Counted from the stretch's first letter, positions 46,277 to 55,573 are shown. The stretch: 64,000 bases of DNA from Bacteroidales bacterium (GCA_016930375.1 JAFGGU010000082.1:38163-102162), one strand, 5' to 3'. Numbers and translations are program-made. Notes: generated by a model not told the origin, from the sequence alone.

Positions 46277-47305
46277 ATGGAATATTTCGCCTTTCAATGG
46301 CACATTACCGACAGCTGCGACCAACGCTGCCAGCATTGCTATATTTTTTCGGAAAACAACCATATTCAGTTGAATGAGATGTCCTGGACTGAAATGGGGC
46401 ATGTTTTCGAAAACTGCCTCGACATGTGCCAAAAGGCCAGCCGGTTGCCTTACTTTTACATTACCGGGGGCGACCCCATCCTGCACAGCCGGTTCTGGGA
46501 GCTCATGCAACTGCTCAAGTCGAATGCCATTCCTTTTACCATCCTGGGCAATCCTTTTCATCTGAACGACCAGGTTTGCCAAAGGCTTAAATCATATGGG
46601 TGTGAAAGGTACCAGCTGTCTATTGACGGCCTGCGGGACACCCATGATATGATCCGTAAACCCGGATCGTACGATACAACGCTTGAAAAGATCAAATGCC
46701 TTCGCGATGCAAGAATCCGGTGTGCCATCATGACAACGGTTTCGGGCTCCAACAAGGACGAGATCCCGTGTATCATTGATGTGGTAGTGGAGCACCAGGC
46801 CGATGTTTTTGCCTTTGCCAGGTATTGTCCCACCAGCAACGAGAAAAGCGCTCATCTTACTGCACTGGAGTACCGGGGTGTGCTAGAAGCTAGCTGGCAG
46901 AAGTTTGAACACTACAAGGATTGTGGAACCAGCTTTAACCTGAAGGACCACTTATGGACCCTTTTCCTTTATGAGAAAGGATTGTTTAAAATTCCCGAAG
47001 GCCTGCAGGAAGATATGATGTATGAAGGGTGTAATTGCGGCAATTGCCATCTGACCATCCTGCCAAAAGGAGAAATATTTGCCTGCAGGCGCTTCGAGAG
47101 CAATGTAGGGAATGTCTTCAAGGAGCGTCTGCACGATATATTCACAGGTGATACAATGGATGGTCTGCGGGACTATGACAGGTTCGAAAAATGTTCTTCC
47201 TGCGAACTGCTGCGATTCTGCAGAGGCTGTCCCGCCGTGACATATGGCTATACCGGTAATTTTTATGCTGCGGACCCACAGTGCTGGAAGGTGATGGAAA
47301 ACTGA
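46277..47305 (+). CDS. Radical SAM enzyme with C-terminal SPASM domain (peptide-maturase architecture)
   Basis: CDQRCQHCY (CX3CX2C at residues 14-21), ITGGDPILH (GGE-like SAM motif), and SPASM cysteines C254-X10-G-X4-C270, C306-X2-C-X5-C-X2-C318 and C336. Confidence 0.9.
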   Translation: MEYFAFQWHITDSCDQRCQHCYIFSENNHIQLNEMSWTEMGHVFENCLDMCQKASRLPYFYITGGDPILHSRFWELMQLLKSNAIPFTILGNPFHLNDQVCQRLKSYGCERYQLSIDGLRDTHDMIRKPGSYDTTLEKIKCLRDARIRCAIMTTVSGSNKDEIPCIIDVVVEHQADVFAFARYCPTSNEKSAHLTALEYRGVLEASWQKFEHYKDCGTSFNLKDHLWTLFLYEKGLFKIPEGLQEDMMYEGCNCGNCHLTILPKGEIFACRRFESNVGNVFKERLHDIFTGDTMDGLRDYDRFEKCSSCELLRFCRGCPAVTYGYTGNFYAADPQCWKVMEN

Positions 47306-47321
47306 TTTTAATAAATCCTGA

Positions 47322-47498
47322 TATAATTCAACCTCTACAAGGTTGTTAATATGGGTGGTCAGAATTTTGATTCTACAATAATTCAACTTCTACGAAGTTG
47401 TTTTGTATCCTCGTGAAGTTGTTTTATATCCTCGTAGAGGATAAATTATTGTAGAATAATTAAATAGCATACTCCAACCTCGTAGAGGTTGAATTATA
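47322..47498. repeat. ~180-bp nested palindrome / hairpin cluster after the rSAM gene
   Basis: The outer perfect 17-bp inverted repeat is TATAATTCAACCTCTAC (47322-47338) / GTAGAGGTTGAATTATA (47482-47498). The inner inverted repeat is TCTACAATAATT / AATTATTGTAGA. Local hairpins: CAACCTctacaAGGTTG, CAACTTCtacGAAGTTG, TATCCTCgtaGAGGATA and CAACCTCgtaGAGGTTG. Confidence 0.7.
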
Positions 47499-47520
47499 GT
47501 CGGATAATTATGAATAATTT

Positions 47521-48495
47521 ATGAAAGCAGTTGTTCTATATAAAACCTGCTCACCCCTCGAACTTACCGTGAGTGACATTCCGATTCCTGAGATGAAGCC
47601 GGGATGGGTGCTGATCCGTGTAAAAGCATTCGGACTGAACCGGTCAGAACTCATGATGCGCGAATATGAAGGCAATGCATCCTATATCAGGTTACCCCGC
47701 GTATTGGGCATCGAATGCGCCGGCGAAATTGCGGATCCGTCTGACAGTGCATTCCATGAGGGACAACAGGTAGTGGCCCTGATGGGCGGAATGGGAAGAT
47801 CATTCGACGGCAGTTATGCCGAATACACACTGGTTCCGGTAAAAAATGTTTTTACAGTTGATACTGATCTGAACTGGAATGAGCTGGCAGCCATTCCCGA
47901 AACTTACTTCACCGCTTATGGTTCTCTTTTTCAAAGTTTGCAACTCTCCTCCTCAGACATACTGCTGGTCAGGGGAGGAACAAGTGCAGCCGGTCTGTCT
48001 GCCATACAACTGGCAAGATGTACCGGAGCAACCGTGTTGGCGACAACGAGAAAGGATTATAAACGCGAGGTATTACTTCGTCAAGGTACTGATAATGTCT
48101 TGATTGAAGATGGAACCATTAAAGAACAGGTATTAGAAATACGTCCGGATGGCGTTACAAAAATCCTTGAACTGATTGGACCTGCCACACTCTTTGAATC
48201 GATGTCTCTGGTTAAACAACACGGTATTGTTTGTGTGACCGGAATTCTTGGTAATCAAGGTACAATTGCGGATTTCTATCCCATCAAGGACATCCCTTCG
48301 GGAGTTTATTTAACGGGATTTTCCAGCAATCACCCTACCCAGAAACTCATTGATGAGATTTTCAATCATATCAAAAGGCACAACCTGCGCCCAACCATTT
48401 CAAAGGTTTTTGCCCTCTCAGATATCGGTCAGGCCCATCAACTGATGGAAAACAATACCGCCAATGGAAAAGTAGTTGTCAGTCTGAACTTATAA
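47521..48495 (+). CDS. Zinc-type alcohol dehydrogenase / quinone oxidoreductase family (MDR superfamily)
   Basis: 324 aa with a GroES-like N-terminus (VLIRVKAFGLNRSE) and a Rossmann region (VRGGTSAAGLSAIQLAR). Confidence 0.85.
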   Translation: MKAVVLYKTCSPLELTVSDIPIPEMKPGWVLIRVKAFGLNRSELMMREYEGNASYIRLPRVLGIECAGEIADPSDSAFHEGQQVVALMGGMGRSFDGSYAEYTLVPVKNVFTVDTDLNWNELAAIPETYFTAYGSLFQSLQLSSSDILLVRGGTSAAGLSAIQLARCTGATVLATTRKDYKREVLLRQGTDNVLIEDGTIKEQVLEIRPDGVTKILELIGPATLFESMSLVKQHGIVCVTGILGNQGTIADFYPIKDIPSGVYLTGFSSNHPTQKLIDEIFNHIKRHNLRPTISKVFALSDIGQAHQLMENNTANGKVVVSLNL

Positions 48496-48526
48496 TTGTT
48501 ATGAACATAATGTAATGCTTTATCCT

Positions 48527-49615
48527 ATGAAACCAATAAAAAACTTGCTTTTAAGCGCATTGCTTATACTCTTATTTGATCTGGCCATGACAGCTCAAAT
48601 AAACGACATCTTTATCAATCCAAACACCGGTAACGACCAAAACGCCGGATCGGCCGACCAGCCTTTGAAATCGATGTTTGAAGCAGCTGAAAGAATCAAC
48701 CGGGCTAACGGCAGCGGATCCATTACCGTATTTCTCTCAGAAGGAATTTACGGTTTGGATGCCACCGTGACTTTTCACCCGGCGAACTGGCACTTTACCA
48801 AAGAAAATCGACTAACCATCCGTGCTGCTGTTCTACCCGATGAGGCAAACTGGAATCCCGGGATGATGCCGGTAATTGTATCAACCATGCCCCTTGATTT
48901 TAAGCCCAATGGCAGGCAGGATCCGCTGGGAGGAACATCTTATGGGATCCAGATAGAGACCAGTCATGTTACCATTCAGGGATTTAGGGTTTTAGGCACA
49001 CCTGTACATGAAAGGCCTAAGGAAGGAATGGTAAGGAGAAATTATCCTATTGTCCGGGAAGGCAGGGATCTTGACGACCTAAGAGTTACCCAGTGTCTTT
49101 TCGTCGGGGATCAGCATGTCATTCCCAACCACCTTGCCATACTGGCAAGCGGTCAGGGTGTGGTTGTTGATCATTGTGTTTTCTACCATTGTAAAGATGC
49201 CATTGTCTTTTGGTTTTCTGACGAACCTGCCAGGAATTGTGAAGTGCACCATAATCTGTTTGTTGGCAATTATGGCGCAAATATCTGGTCCTGGTCTGCT
49301 GCCGAAGATTTAAAATTTTACAATAACGTTGTGGGGAATACCAATGTCTTTTGGATTTTAAACAGGGATGAGAAGACTTCTTTCTCGCTGTCAAACTCCC
49401 TGATTATGGGCTACAACGAACTTGTAAACAAAGGAGGTGGTCCGGCAGGTTTTGGTGAAAAAGCCAATCCGGATAAACTGAAATTTGGCAACGATGTTAT
49501 TGTTAAAAAGGAAGGGTCCGTTCAAATAGAAGAAGATCCTACCAGGCGCAACTACCTGCATCTGATGCCAGGCACACCGGGTTCCGATCTGGGAGCGGGA
49601 CTGTTTACCAAATAG
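48527..49615 (+). CDS. Exported protein, probable right-handed beta-helix fold
   Basis: Signal peptide MKPIKNLLLSALLILLFDLAMTAQ (start 48527; track start 48515). Contains repeated coils of the type VDHCVFYHC / VHHNLFVGN / FYNNVVGNT. Function unknown. Confidence 0.55.
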   Translation: MKPIKNLLLSALLILLFDLAMTAQINDIFINPNTGNDQNAGSADQPLKSMFEAAERINRANGSGSITVFLSEGIYGLDATVTFHPANWHFTKENRLTIRAAVLPDEANWNPGMMPVIVSTMPLDFKPNGRQDPLGGTSYGIQIETSHVTIQGFRVLGTPVHERPKEGMVRRNYPIVREGRDLDDLRVTQCLFVGDQHVIPNHLAILASGQGVVVDHCVFYHCKDAIVFWFSDEPARNCEVHHNLFVGNYGANIWSWSAAEDLKFYNNVVGNTNVFWILNRDEKTSFSLSNSLIMGYNELVNKGGGPAGFGEKANPDKLKFGNDVIVKKEGSVQIEEDPTRRNYLHLMPGTPGSDLGAGLFTK

Positions 49616-49648
49616 TTCTTATACCGGAAATACCTATTGCTTGGTAGT

Positions 49649-49696
49649 TTTCAACCGCTCTGCGGTTAAACCTTAAGTTGACAATGGTTAAGAAAA
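49649..49696. repeat. Solo end of the MITE-like family
   Basis: TTCAACCGCTCTGCGGTTAAACCTTAAGTTGACAATGGTTAAGAAAAC is ~85% identical to 44287-44335. Its 3' half is the reverse complement of 44038-44069. Confidence 0.65.
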
Positions 49697-49710
49697 CTTC
49701 GCTGAGCAGT

Positions 49711-49798
49711 GAAAACACCGAAAAAGGAACACCGAATGATGAATTTTGAAGAATGCACTTCGTTATTCTTAAATCAGTGCTCCTTGTTCAGTGTTTTC
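49711..49798. repeat. Imperfect nested palindrome between convergent genes
   Basis: GAAAACAC/GTGTTTTC (49711/49791), AAGGAACAC/GTGCTCCTT (49724/49777, 1 mismatch) and AAGAAT/ATTCTT (49749/49765). Lies between the beta-helix gene (+) and the AraC gene (-). Confidence 0.4.
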
Positions 49799-49848
49799 CC
49801 ATTTTGAAATACTATGTGATCGCCTGGGGTTGAATAACAACTCATTCT

Positions 49849-50745
49849 CTAATTCATCGACCTGTATTCATTGGGGGTATATCCCGTCTCATTTTTAAAC
49901 ATCCTGCTGAAATGCTGCGGATGTTTAAACCCTAATTCATAGGCGATTTCACTCAGCGTTTTGCTCTTGTCAAAAATTCTCTCCTTGGCAATGCTCATAA
50001 CCTTTAGCTGGATAGTTTCCTGGGCGGATTTCCCGGTTTCTTTTTTGATCAGATCGCCAAAATAATTGGCCGACAAATGCAACTGATCAGCGCAATACTT
50101 CACGGTAGGCAAACCCTCGGTCCTGACTATTTCCGATTGAAAATAATTATCCAGCAGATGCTCAAATTTTACCAGAATGTCCTTATTGACGTCACCACGG
50201 GTAATGAACTGTCGGTCGTAAAACCGCAGGCAATAATTGAGGAGCAACTCGATATTGTTAGCAATAAGTGTTTTACTATGTTTGTCAATCGACTGTAGCA
50301 GCTCATGATCTATTTTTGCCAGACAATCCAATACAATTTGTCGTTCTTTTTCAGAAATGTGGAGGGCTTCATTGGCTTCGTAAGTGAAAAAAGTATATTT
50401 TTTAATATACTGGCCCAACGAGGTGCCCCGGATCAAATCGGGATGAAAAAGCAGCCCCCAGCCCTTGGGTCGTGGACTATCCGGTTTGCTTCCAATACCT
50501 ACCACCTGACCGGGAGCCAAAAAAACCAGTGTGCCTACCTGGTAGTCGTAATAATTACAGCCATATTTCAAATCGCCGCATTTTGCCTCTTTGAGAAAAA
50601 CACAATAAAAGCCATAGTGAGCCATGGCTTCCGGAATCAGCTTCATTTTTGAAAAGTCAAATACGCTTACCAAAGGATGAAGGGTTTCGATTCCCCGCAA
50701 TGTATTAAACTGCGTAATATTCTCCAATTTGATAATTTCATCCAT
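49849..50745 (-). CDS. AraC family transcriptional regulator
   Basis: 298 aa with an N-terminal ligand-binding (cupin-like) half and the C-terminal double HTH (LSEIAYELGFKHPQHFSRMFKNETGYTPNEYR). Divergent from the esterase block. Confidence 0.9.
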   Translation of the reverse strand: MDEIIKLENITQFNTLRGIETLHPLVSVFDFSKMKLIPEAMAHYGFYCVFLKEAKCGDLKYGCNYYDYQVGTLVFLAPGQVVGIGSKPDSPRPKGWGLLFHPDLIRGTSLGQYIKKYTFFTYEANEALHISEKERQIVLDCLAKIDHELLQSIDKHSKTLIANNIELLLNYCLRFYDRQFITRGDVNKDILVKFEHLLDNYFQSEIVRTEGLPTVKYCADQLHLSANYFGDLIKKETGKSAQETIQLKVMSIAKERIFDKSKTLSEIAYELGFKHPQHFSRMFKNETGYTPNEYRSMN

Positions 50746-50904
50746 CGCTCTTGCTGTTATAATTTACGTCAAAGTTAAAGCATATTTAACTGTAAGATAC
50801 ACATAGGAATGCAATATCAGTAATCGGGGTACAAAAAACAGTAATTGGTATACAATCGCTCCGGTTATTTCGTCTCACCTTTGTAATGTTTAATATGAAC
50901 CACC

Positions 50905-52527
50905 ATGAAGAAATTATCATTAGGAATCGCATTAATTTTTATGGCATGCAGCTTTCATGCCCAGCAAACGAGTGTCAGTACTTCTCCGGAAGTTACTACC
51001 GCCTCCGGAGTCGTTCGTGGCGTAACAGACGGGGGTGTCGAAAGTTTCAAGGGAATTCCCTTTGCTGCTCCGCCGGTAGGGGAATATCGCTGGCGTCCTC
51101 CACAACCCGTTGCCCCGTGGCAGGGAGTTCGTGATGCGAGCAAGTTTGGCGCGACCTGCGCAGCAGCAGGATGGGGTGCCGCTGCAGGATCAATTCAGGT
51201 AGGCTCCTCGGAAGATTGTTTGTTTCTCAATATTTGGCGCCCTGCCGGGGCTGCAAAGAATGCAAAGATGCCCGTCATGGTGTGGATTCACGGCGGTGCC
51301 TTCGTGGGCGGCAGTGGTAACACTTCCGGAGATGGGTTTGCCAAACAAGGAGTCATCCTGGTTTCCATCAATTACCGCCTGGGGCGCCTAGGGCATTTTG
51401 CATTCCCGGCGTTGAGCAAGGAGCATCCTGAAGAACCCAAGGGCAGTTACGCTTTCATGGACCAGATAGCAGCCCTCAGGTGGGTGAAGCAAAACATCGC
51501 CGCATTCGGTGGCAATCCTGAAAATGTTACCATTTTCGGTTTTTCAGCCGGCGGCGTTTCGATACATTCACTCCTTACCATACCGGAGGCGAAAGGTCTT
51601 TTCCAAAAGGCAATCAGTCATTCCGGCGGTGGCCGGGATGGTGTTCTGACCGGCAGGCCGATCAGTAAAGAAAATGCAAGTCCATACTACCCGGTTTCAG
51701 CGGAAACAATCGGAATAAACTTTGCCCGTAAACATGGAATAGAGGGCACAGATGCGGCTGCACTGGCCAAGCTGCGCACGCTGAAAGTGGAAGAGATTGT
51801 TGACGGGGGACAGGAAAATGATGGCCAGGGAGGTTCGCGTATCTATTCAGGTCCGATTCTCGACGGTAAACTGGTCGTTGAAACTGCAGAGAGTGCATAC
51901 AAGGCAGGCAGGCAGGCGCACGTTCCACTCATGATCGGGTGTAATAGTGCAGAAATAGGCGGAAACTTTGTTAATGCCAGCAATTCAAAGGAAGAACTTT
52001 TTTCTCTGTTCGGGGAGCTGAAAGATGAGGCTAATGCCGCCTATGATCCTGATGGTAAAAAAGAATTCGCTGAGGTACAAACAAGGTTTAACACGGACAA
52101 GGTATGGGCAGAGCCTGCGCGGTTCACCGCAAAATCTTTTGCCACCGTTGGTGATCCGGCCTACATTTTTCTTTTCTCTTACGTGCCTGCGTCCATGAAG
52201 GAGCGGATGCGGTTTGGCCCTGGACACGGAACCGATATTTCTTATGTGTTTGACAACCTTAGAGCTCCAGAGGGAACAACCGTGGCACCCGAGGACAAAG
52301 AGGTCGCCAGGATGATGAACGCCTATTGGGTAAACTTCGCCAAAACTGGCGATCCCAATGGTAAGGGTCTGCCTAAATGGTCATTGTACAGTCCCAAATC
52401 GAACGAGATACTCGATATCCAACCCGATGGCAAACCTGTGAGTAAACCAGATCCAAGAAAAGCGAGACTGGACGTGATTGAAAAGGCAGTGAACATGGGG
52501 GATAAACTTCAACCAAATGGTATTTAA
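50905..52527 (+). CDS. Exported carboxylesterase, type B family
   Basis: Signal peptide, [16 protein letters not shown], and nucleophile elbow GFSAGG. 540 aa. Confidence 0.9.
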   Translation: MKKLSLGIALIFMACSFHAQQTSVSTSPEVTTASGVVRGVTDGGVESFKGIPFAAPPVGEYRWRPPQPVAPWQGVRDASKFGATCAAAGWGAAAGSIQVGSSEDCLFLNIWRPAGAAKNAKMPVMVWIHGGAFVGGSGNTSGDGFAKQGVILVSINYRLGRLGHFAFPALSKEHPEEPKGSYAFMDQIAALRWVKQNIAAFGGNPENVTIFGFSAGGVSIHSLLTIPEAKGLFQKAISHSGGGRDGVLTGRPISKENASPYYPVSAETIGINFARKHGIEGTDAAALAKLRTLKVEEIVDGGQENDGQGGSRIYSGPILDGKLVVETAESAYKAGRQAHVPLMIGCNSAEIGGNFVNASNSKEELFSLFGELKDEANAAYDPDGKKEFAEVQTRFNTDKVWAEPARFTAKSFATVGDPAYIFLFSYVPASMKERMRFGPGHGTDISYVFDNLRAPEGTTVAPEDKEVARMMNAYWVNFAKTGDPNGKGLPKWSLYSPKSNEILDIQPDGKPVSKPDPRKARLDVIEKAVNMGDKLQPNGI

Positions 52528-52591
52528 CCAGTAGCTTGAAACAATGAAAAAAAGCGAATCACACGACTAATTCCATTTAACTATCAACCGT

Positions 52592-53692
52592 ATGAAAGCA
52601 ACAATTCTGGTTCTGTTTTTATTCATGGGTGTGCCCTGTTCTTTTACGCAGCAAATAAATACAAATGCTGAAGGTACTACTCAGAATGCAAAAAAACAAA
52701 AACCTATTCTGATTCAGGAACAAGGCAGTTTTGCCGTGGGCGGTAATGTGATAACCAACCCGGGAACATTTGATCCCTTTAAACCTACTCCCGAAGGACA
52801 AACTTTCCGTGGCGATCATGCATACATTTTTTATCAGATCCCGGTAAAAGCCCGAAAATATCCCTTGGTGATGTGGCATGGAATCGGACAGTTTTCTAAA
52901 ACGTGGGAAACAACACCCGACGGGCGTGAAGGCTTTCAAAATATTTTCCTGCGACGGGGTTTCGGGGTATATCTCATTGACCAGCCCAGGAGAGGCAATG
53001 CCGGCCGCAGCATGGAAGCTGCCAGCATTACACCAACACCAGACGAACAGCAGTGGTTTGGCACTTTCCGTGTTGGAATTTGGCCCGACTATTTCAACGG
53101 AGTGCAGTTTGCACGCGATCCGGCCACGCTGGACCAATACTTCCGCCAGATGACGCCCAATATCGGACCCATTGATATAAACGTTAATACTGATGCTATT
53201 TCTGCGCTTTTTACCAAAATTGGTCCCGCCATCCTGGTGTCGCATTCCCATTCTGGAGGCATGGGCTGGGCAACTGCCATCAAAAACCAAAACGTAAAAG
53301 CCATAGTCTCTTATGAGCCGGGTAGTGGTTTTCTTTTTCCCAAAGGAGAGGTGCCCGCACCTATACCCATGGCCGGGGGTACACTCACCGCTTTTGAAGT
53401 GCCTTTATCAGATTTCTTGAAACTCACCAAAATCCCGATAATTATATACTATGGTGATTTTATTCCCGATAAACCTATGGATAACCCGGGCCAGGATGGT
53501 TGGCGGGCACGGCTTGAAATGGCCAGGTTATGGAGGGATGCTGTGAACGGGCATGGCGGTGACGTAACCGTGGTGCATTTGCCTGAGATCGGGATTAAAG
53601 GCAATACGCATTTCCCGTTTTCAGATTTAAACAATGTTGAAATAGCCGACATCATGTCGGAATGGTTAAAGAAAAAAGGACTGGATAAATGA
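52592..53692 (+). CDS. Exported alpha/beta hydrolase
   Basis: Signal peptide MKATILVLFLFMGVPCSFTQ and a nucleophile-elbow-like SHSGG. 366 aa. Confidence 0.7.
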   Translation: MKATILVLFLFMGVPCSFTQQINTNAEGTTQNAKKQKPILIQEQGSFAVGGNVITNPGTFDPFKPTPEGQTFRGDHAYIFYQIPVKARKYPLVMWHGIGQFSKTWETTPDGREGFQNIFLRRGFGVYLIDQPRRGNAGRSMEAASITPTPDEQQWFGTFRVGIWPDYFNGVQFARDPATLDQYFRQMTPNIGPIDINVNTDAISALFTKIGPAILVSHSHSGGMGWATAIKNQNVKAIVSYEPGSGFLFPKGEVPAPIPMAGGTLTAFEVPLSDFLKLTKIPIIIYYGDFIPDKPMDNPGQDGWRARLEMARLWRDAVNGHGGDVTVVHLPEIGIKGNTHFPFSDLNNVEIADIMSEWLKKKGLDK

Positions 53693-53757
53693 CAGACAAT
53701 TAGCCTGTTTTGAAATGATTCTGAAAATAAATTACTTATGAAAGGGAGGAGTTAACC

Positions 53758-54810
53758 ATGAAAAGAGAAATTAAATCCAATTTTTTGATAGTACTTTTTA
53801 TGACGACAACATTTATATCTTCGGCACAAACAAAGCTCGTCAATCCTTTTGGACTGGTTTACCAGGATGCCATTACAGAAAATGCATCAGGCAAGGTGAA
53901 TATTCATCCCGTGACCTATAAACTGAATGGTATTGATATAGCAGCCAATATTTACACCCCCGCCAATTATGACCCTTCAAAGAGTTATCCTGCGGTGGTT
54001 GTTGCTCACCCCAATGGCGGCGTAAAAGAACAGGTTGCAGGATTATACGCACAGCATCTGGCTGAATCGGGTTACATCACGATTGCTGCCGATGCGTCGT
54101 ACCAGGGAGCCAGCGGCGGAGAGCCACGTAATGTAGATAAACCGGCCAATCGCGTTGAAGACATTCGCGGTATGGCCGATTTTATTACACATTATGCCGG
54201 TGTGAATGCTGACCGCCTGGGCATATTAGGAATCTGCGGTGGCGGTGGCTACACATTAAAAGCATCTCAAACCGATAAACGCTTTAAAGCCGTGGCTACC
54301 TTGAGCATGTTTAATTCCGGCGTGGTCAGGCGCAACGGATACATGAATTCCGGACTGTCCACTATTCAGGAACGGTTAAAACAGGCTTCAGAAGCCCGGG
54401 CACAGGAAGCGGCCGGCGGGGAAGTGCTTTATGCTGCCAATACAAAATCGACCGATGAAGAAGCAGACAAAATGCCGTTTGATCTGTATCGTGAAGGTCA
54501 TTATTATTACAACAGAACCCACGCCCACCCCAATTCCACATTCAGGTACACCATGAGCAGTCTGCTCGACCTGATGGCATTTGACGCTGCCTCGAACATG
54601 GATCTGATCAATCAGCCCCTGTTGATGATGGCGGGAAGTAAAGCCGACAGCTATTACATGACTGATAATGCATTCCATCTTGCTACTGGCACAAAGGAGA
54701 AAGAATTATTCCTGATCCCGGGAGCTACCCACATTCAGACCTATTATGTTCCTGAATATGTAACTCAGGCGATGAATAAACTCAATGCGTTTTTTGGTAA
54801 ATATCTGTAA
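53758..54810 (+). CDS. Exported alpha/beta hydrolase, dienelactone-hydrolase-like with Cys at the nucleophile elbow
   Basis: Signal peptide, then the elbow G-I-C-G-G (Cys160, nt 54235-54237) where serine hydrolases have GxSxG. Confidence 0.7.
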   Translation: MKREIKSNFLIVLFMTTTFISSAQTKLVNPFGLVYQDAITENASGKVNIHPVTYKLNGIDIAANIYTPANYDPSKSYPAVVVAHPNGGVKEQVAGLYAQHLAESGYITIAADASYQGASGGEPRNVDKPANRVEDIRGMADFITHYAGVNADRLGILGICGGGGYTLKASQTDKRFKAVATLSMFNSGVVRRNGYMNSGLSTIQERLKQASEARAQEAAGGEVLYAANTKSTDEEADKMPFDLYREGHYYYNRTHAHPNSTFRYTMSSLLDLMAFDAASNMDLINQPLLMMAGSKADSYYMTDNAFHLATGTKEKELFLIPGATHIQTYYVPEYVTQAMNKLNAFFGKYL

Positions 54811-54859
54811 GAGACGAGGCTGGGTATGACACCGACTAACAACTGATAAATAAAACAAA

Positions 54860-55573
54860 ATGAAAATTCTGATAATTTTTATTCTTGTATTTTCAAATAT
54901 CATCAATGCTCATGCCATGACCTTGTATGATCAAAACCTGAGTGCGAAACAGAAAAGCATTATTCTCATTTCTGCGCATACAACAAAGGGCGATTTAACC
55001 AAATTGAAAACGGAGTTGAATGCCGGCCTTAACGCCGGTCTCACGATTAACCAGATTAAGGAAGCCCTCGTTCATCTTTACGCCTATTGCGGATTTCCAC
55101 GCAGTATCCGGGGATTGCAAACATTTATGGAAGTGCTCGATGAACGAAAAGCCAAAGGTATAATCGATGAAACAGGTGCCGGTGCATCACCTGTAAATCA
55201 GGATGGCAGCAAATATGACCGGGGTAAAAAAGTTCTCGAGGAACTCCAGAAAACACCTCAAAGTGGCACCCTTACGGGTTATGCTGCATTTGCGCCGGTA
55301 ATGGATACCTTTCTGAAAGAACATCTGTTTGCCGATATTTTCGAACGGGATGTTTTAACCTATGCCCAAAGGGAATTGGTCACCATTTCTGTGCTGTGTG
55401 CAATTGGCGGCGCAGAGCCAATGCTTCGCAGTCATCTGGCCATTTGTCTGAATGTAGGTTTAACTCCCGAACAGTTGACTGAATTTGTGGATATCATTCG
55501 ACCGATAGTAGGCAAAAAAGAAGCAAAAACAGTCAAAAATATTATGGATGAGGTACTTGATAACAAGAAGTAG
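54860..55573 (+). CDS. Carboxymuconolactone decarboxylase (AhpD-like) family protein, two-domain
   Basis: Signal-like N-terminus and CMD-type helices (IKEALVHLYAYCGFPRSIRGL; RELVTISVLCAIGGAEP). Confidence 0.75.
   Translation: MKILIIFILVFSNIINAHAMTLYDQNLSAKQKSIILISAHTTKGDLTKLKTELNAGLNAGLTINQIKEALVHLYAYCGFPRSIRGLQTFMEVLDERKAKGIIDETGAGASPVNQDGSKYDRGKKVLEELQKTPQSGTLTGYAAFAPVMDTFLKEHLFADIFERDVLTYAQRELVTISVLCAIGGAEPMLRSHLAICLNVGLTPEQLTEFVDIIRPIVGKKEAKTVKNIMDEVLDNKK

Noticed and set aside
46051-46582. Minus-strand ORFs of 75 aa (46051-46278) and 161 aa (46097-46582), antisense to the Cys-rich peptide and the 5' end of the rSAM gene
   Set aside because: They are mirror images of the GC-rich repeat region (G/P/A/S-rich translation) and carry no motifs. 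They overlap a plus-strand gene with unmistakable radical SAM motifs and a peptide whose repeats show synonymous-site divergence.
44038-47520. Hairpin clusters and heptamer arrays considered as CRISPR arrays
   Set aside because: There are no regularly spaced identical repeats of 24-48 nt separated by unique spacers. The units are either 7-nt tandem repeats or mutually inverted hairpins, and no cas genes are present.
52619-53290. 223-aa minus-strand ORF
   Set aside because: It is antisense to the exported alpha/beta hydrolase (52592-53692). It has no motifs and is a typical shadow ORF.
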